A stretch of 39,253 nt of DNA. Source: Eledone cirrhosa (Eukaryota). This document shows positions 35,791 through 39,253 of the stretch, piece by piece. The notes under the pieces were generated by a model, which was given only the letters and a program-made list of their open reading frames with translations, searched no databases and was not told where the DNA came from. The position numbers were made by a program, and so were the translations under genes. The stretch spans positions 1-39,253 of the forward strand of contig CAXHJY010000393.1 of assembly GCA_964016885.1 (NCBI GenBank). The letters run 5' to 3'. Every line of letters starts with the position of its first letter. Position 1 is the stretch's first letter.

Positions 35791-36310
35791 ATATATATAT
35801 ATTATATTTATTATATATATATATATATATATATATTATATTTATTATATATATATATATATATATATTATATTTATAATATATATATATATTATATTTA
35901 TAATATATATATATATATATTATATTTGTAATATATATATATATATTATATTTATAATATATATATATTATATTTATAATATATATATATATATATATTA
36001 TATTTATAATATATATATATATATATATTATATTTATAATATATATATATATTATATTTATAATATATATATATATTATATTTATAACATATATATATAT
36101 ATATATTATATTTATAATATATATATATATATATTATATATATAATATATATATATATATATATTATATTTATAATATATATATATATATATATTATATT
36201 TATAATATATATATATATATATATTATATTTATAATATATATATATTATATTTAAAAAATATATATATATATATTATATTTATAATATATATATATACAT
36301 TATATTTATA
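35710..36310. repeat. TTATATTTATAA(TA)n satellite
   Basis: Direct reading. Confidence 0.9.
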
Positions 36311-36353
36311 TACACATGTACATATGTATGTGTATGTATATGCGTGTGTATAT

Positions 36354-36781
36354 GGAGGGGCATGTACCTCTGTAGGGAGGGCTAGCCATGCCCTTTTCAG
36401 GACAGCTCGTCTTGCATTGGGTCCCACTTGACACTCAACTCTCACCTGTGGCCACCAAGAAGCTGTAGCATGCGACAGCGGCCACACCTCGGTAAACCGC
36501 ATTGGCTTCTGTGGCCGAGTGAGTGGGACCGTCACTGTGCACTGGCCCTCCCACTATAAACCTTTCCCGTACAGGTTTCTTCTTTAGCGTGCACTCCCAA
36601 AGCCCTGCGGCGAGAGGTGGAGGTGACCTCTGGGAGTTGCCAGACTGACTCCGGTCTCTTCCCCTATCCCCACTGTCCCCGGACCTGCAAGTCAAGGATC
36701 AGCCTTCACAGCCAGCTTCGTGCCCACAGCAGACGGGAACAATAATAAAGATGTCATCATCGTTTACGATGGACAACCAAG
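36354..36781 (+). mobile_element. Probable bipartite non-autonomous RTE/BovB-like element (family Y)
   Basis: GC-rich island in TA repeats. tgggtcccacttgacactcaactctcacctgtggc...gcatgcgacagcggccacacc resembles RTE 5' UTRs and gatgtcatcatcgtttacgatggacaacc resembles RTE/BovB 3' ends (recall, not searched); no RT coding. Confidence 0.6.
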
Positions 36782-36914
36782 ATATATTATATTTATAATA
36801 TATATATATATATTATATTATATTAATAATATATATATATTACATTATATATAGGTTATTATATTATATATTATATTATATATTATATATATATATATAT
36901 TGTATTATATATAA

Positions 36915-37255
<341 letters not shown>

Positions 37256-37272
37256 CATATATATACATACAC

Positions 37273-37339
<67 letters not shown>

Positions 37340-37340
37340 C

Positions 37341-37371
<31 letters not shown>

Positions 37372-37384
37372 CATATATATATAT

Positions 37385-37545
<161 letters not shown>

Positions 37546-37552
37546 CATACAC

Positions 37553-37592
<40 letters not shown>

Positions 37593-37632
37593 ATACATAT
37601 ATATATATACACATATATACATATATATATAT

Positions 37633-39157
<1,525 letters not shown>

Positions 39158-39253
39158 AATTAAAAAGAACAGAAAGATGCAGTAAAAGAAATTTATTCGG
39201 TTCTAACGTACGTTTCAATAGACATCAATTTGCCTAGATCTCGCTGCATCTAT

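Overview
AT-rich eukaryotic (animal) DNA dominated by (TA)n, (TATG)n, (CA)n and (TCTA)n microsatellites. The SINE families and microsatellite load resemble octopus/cephalopod genomes (inference). Almost all ORFs in the supplied track are microsatellite artefacts. The only long real ORF (25122-27482, open upstream to about 25005) belongs to a 5'-truncated Penelope-like retroelement (RT + Cys4 linker + C-terminal GIY-YIG). It is inserted in a TTAATG(TA)n satellite and followed by a pLTR-like region with a hammerhead motif, a TATA box and a probable ORF start. Short unique 'islands' in the microsatellites include: 3' fragments of R4/Dong-, RTE- and L1/Tx1-clade LINEs; four copies of a bipartite non-autonomous RTE derivative; about 10 tRNA-derived SINE copies; and a mariner-type MITE. 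Two patterns are not explained by simple annotation. (i) There are at least five type-I hammerhead ribozyme motifs, several with a long or branched stem II and an 8-nt palindromic stem III. (ii) Fold-back (inverted) duplications recur at the truncated 5' junctions of insertions. A candidate first coding exon (MADGE|gtaaga) of a minus-strand host gene lies at 34781-34795, so most of the window may be intronic.
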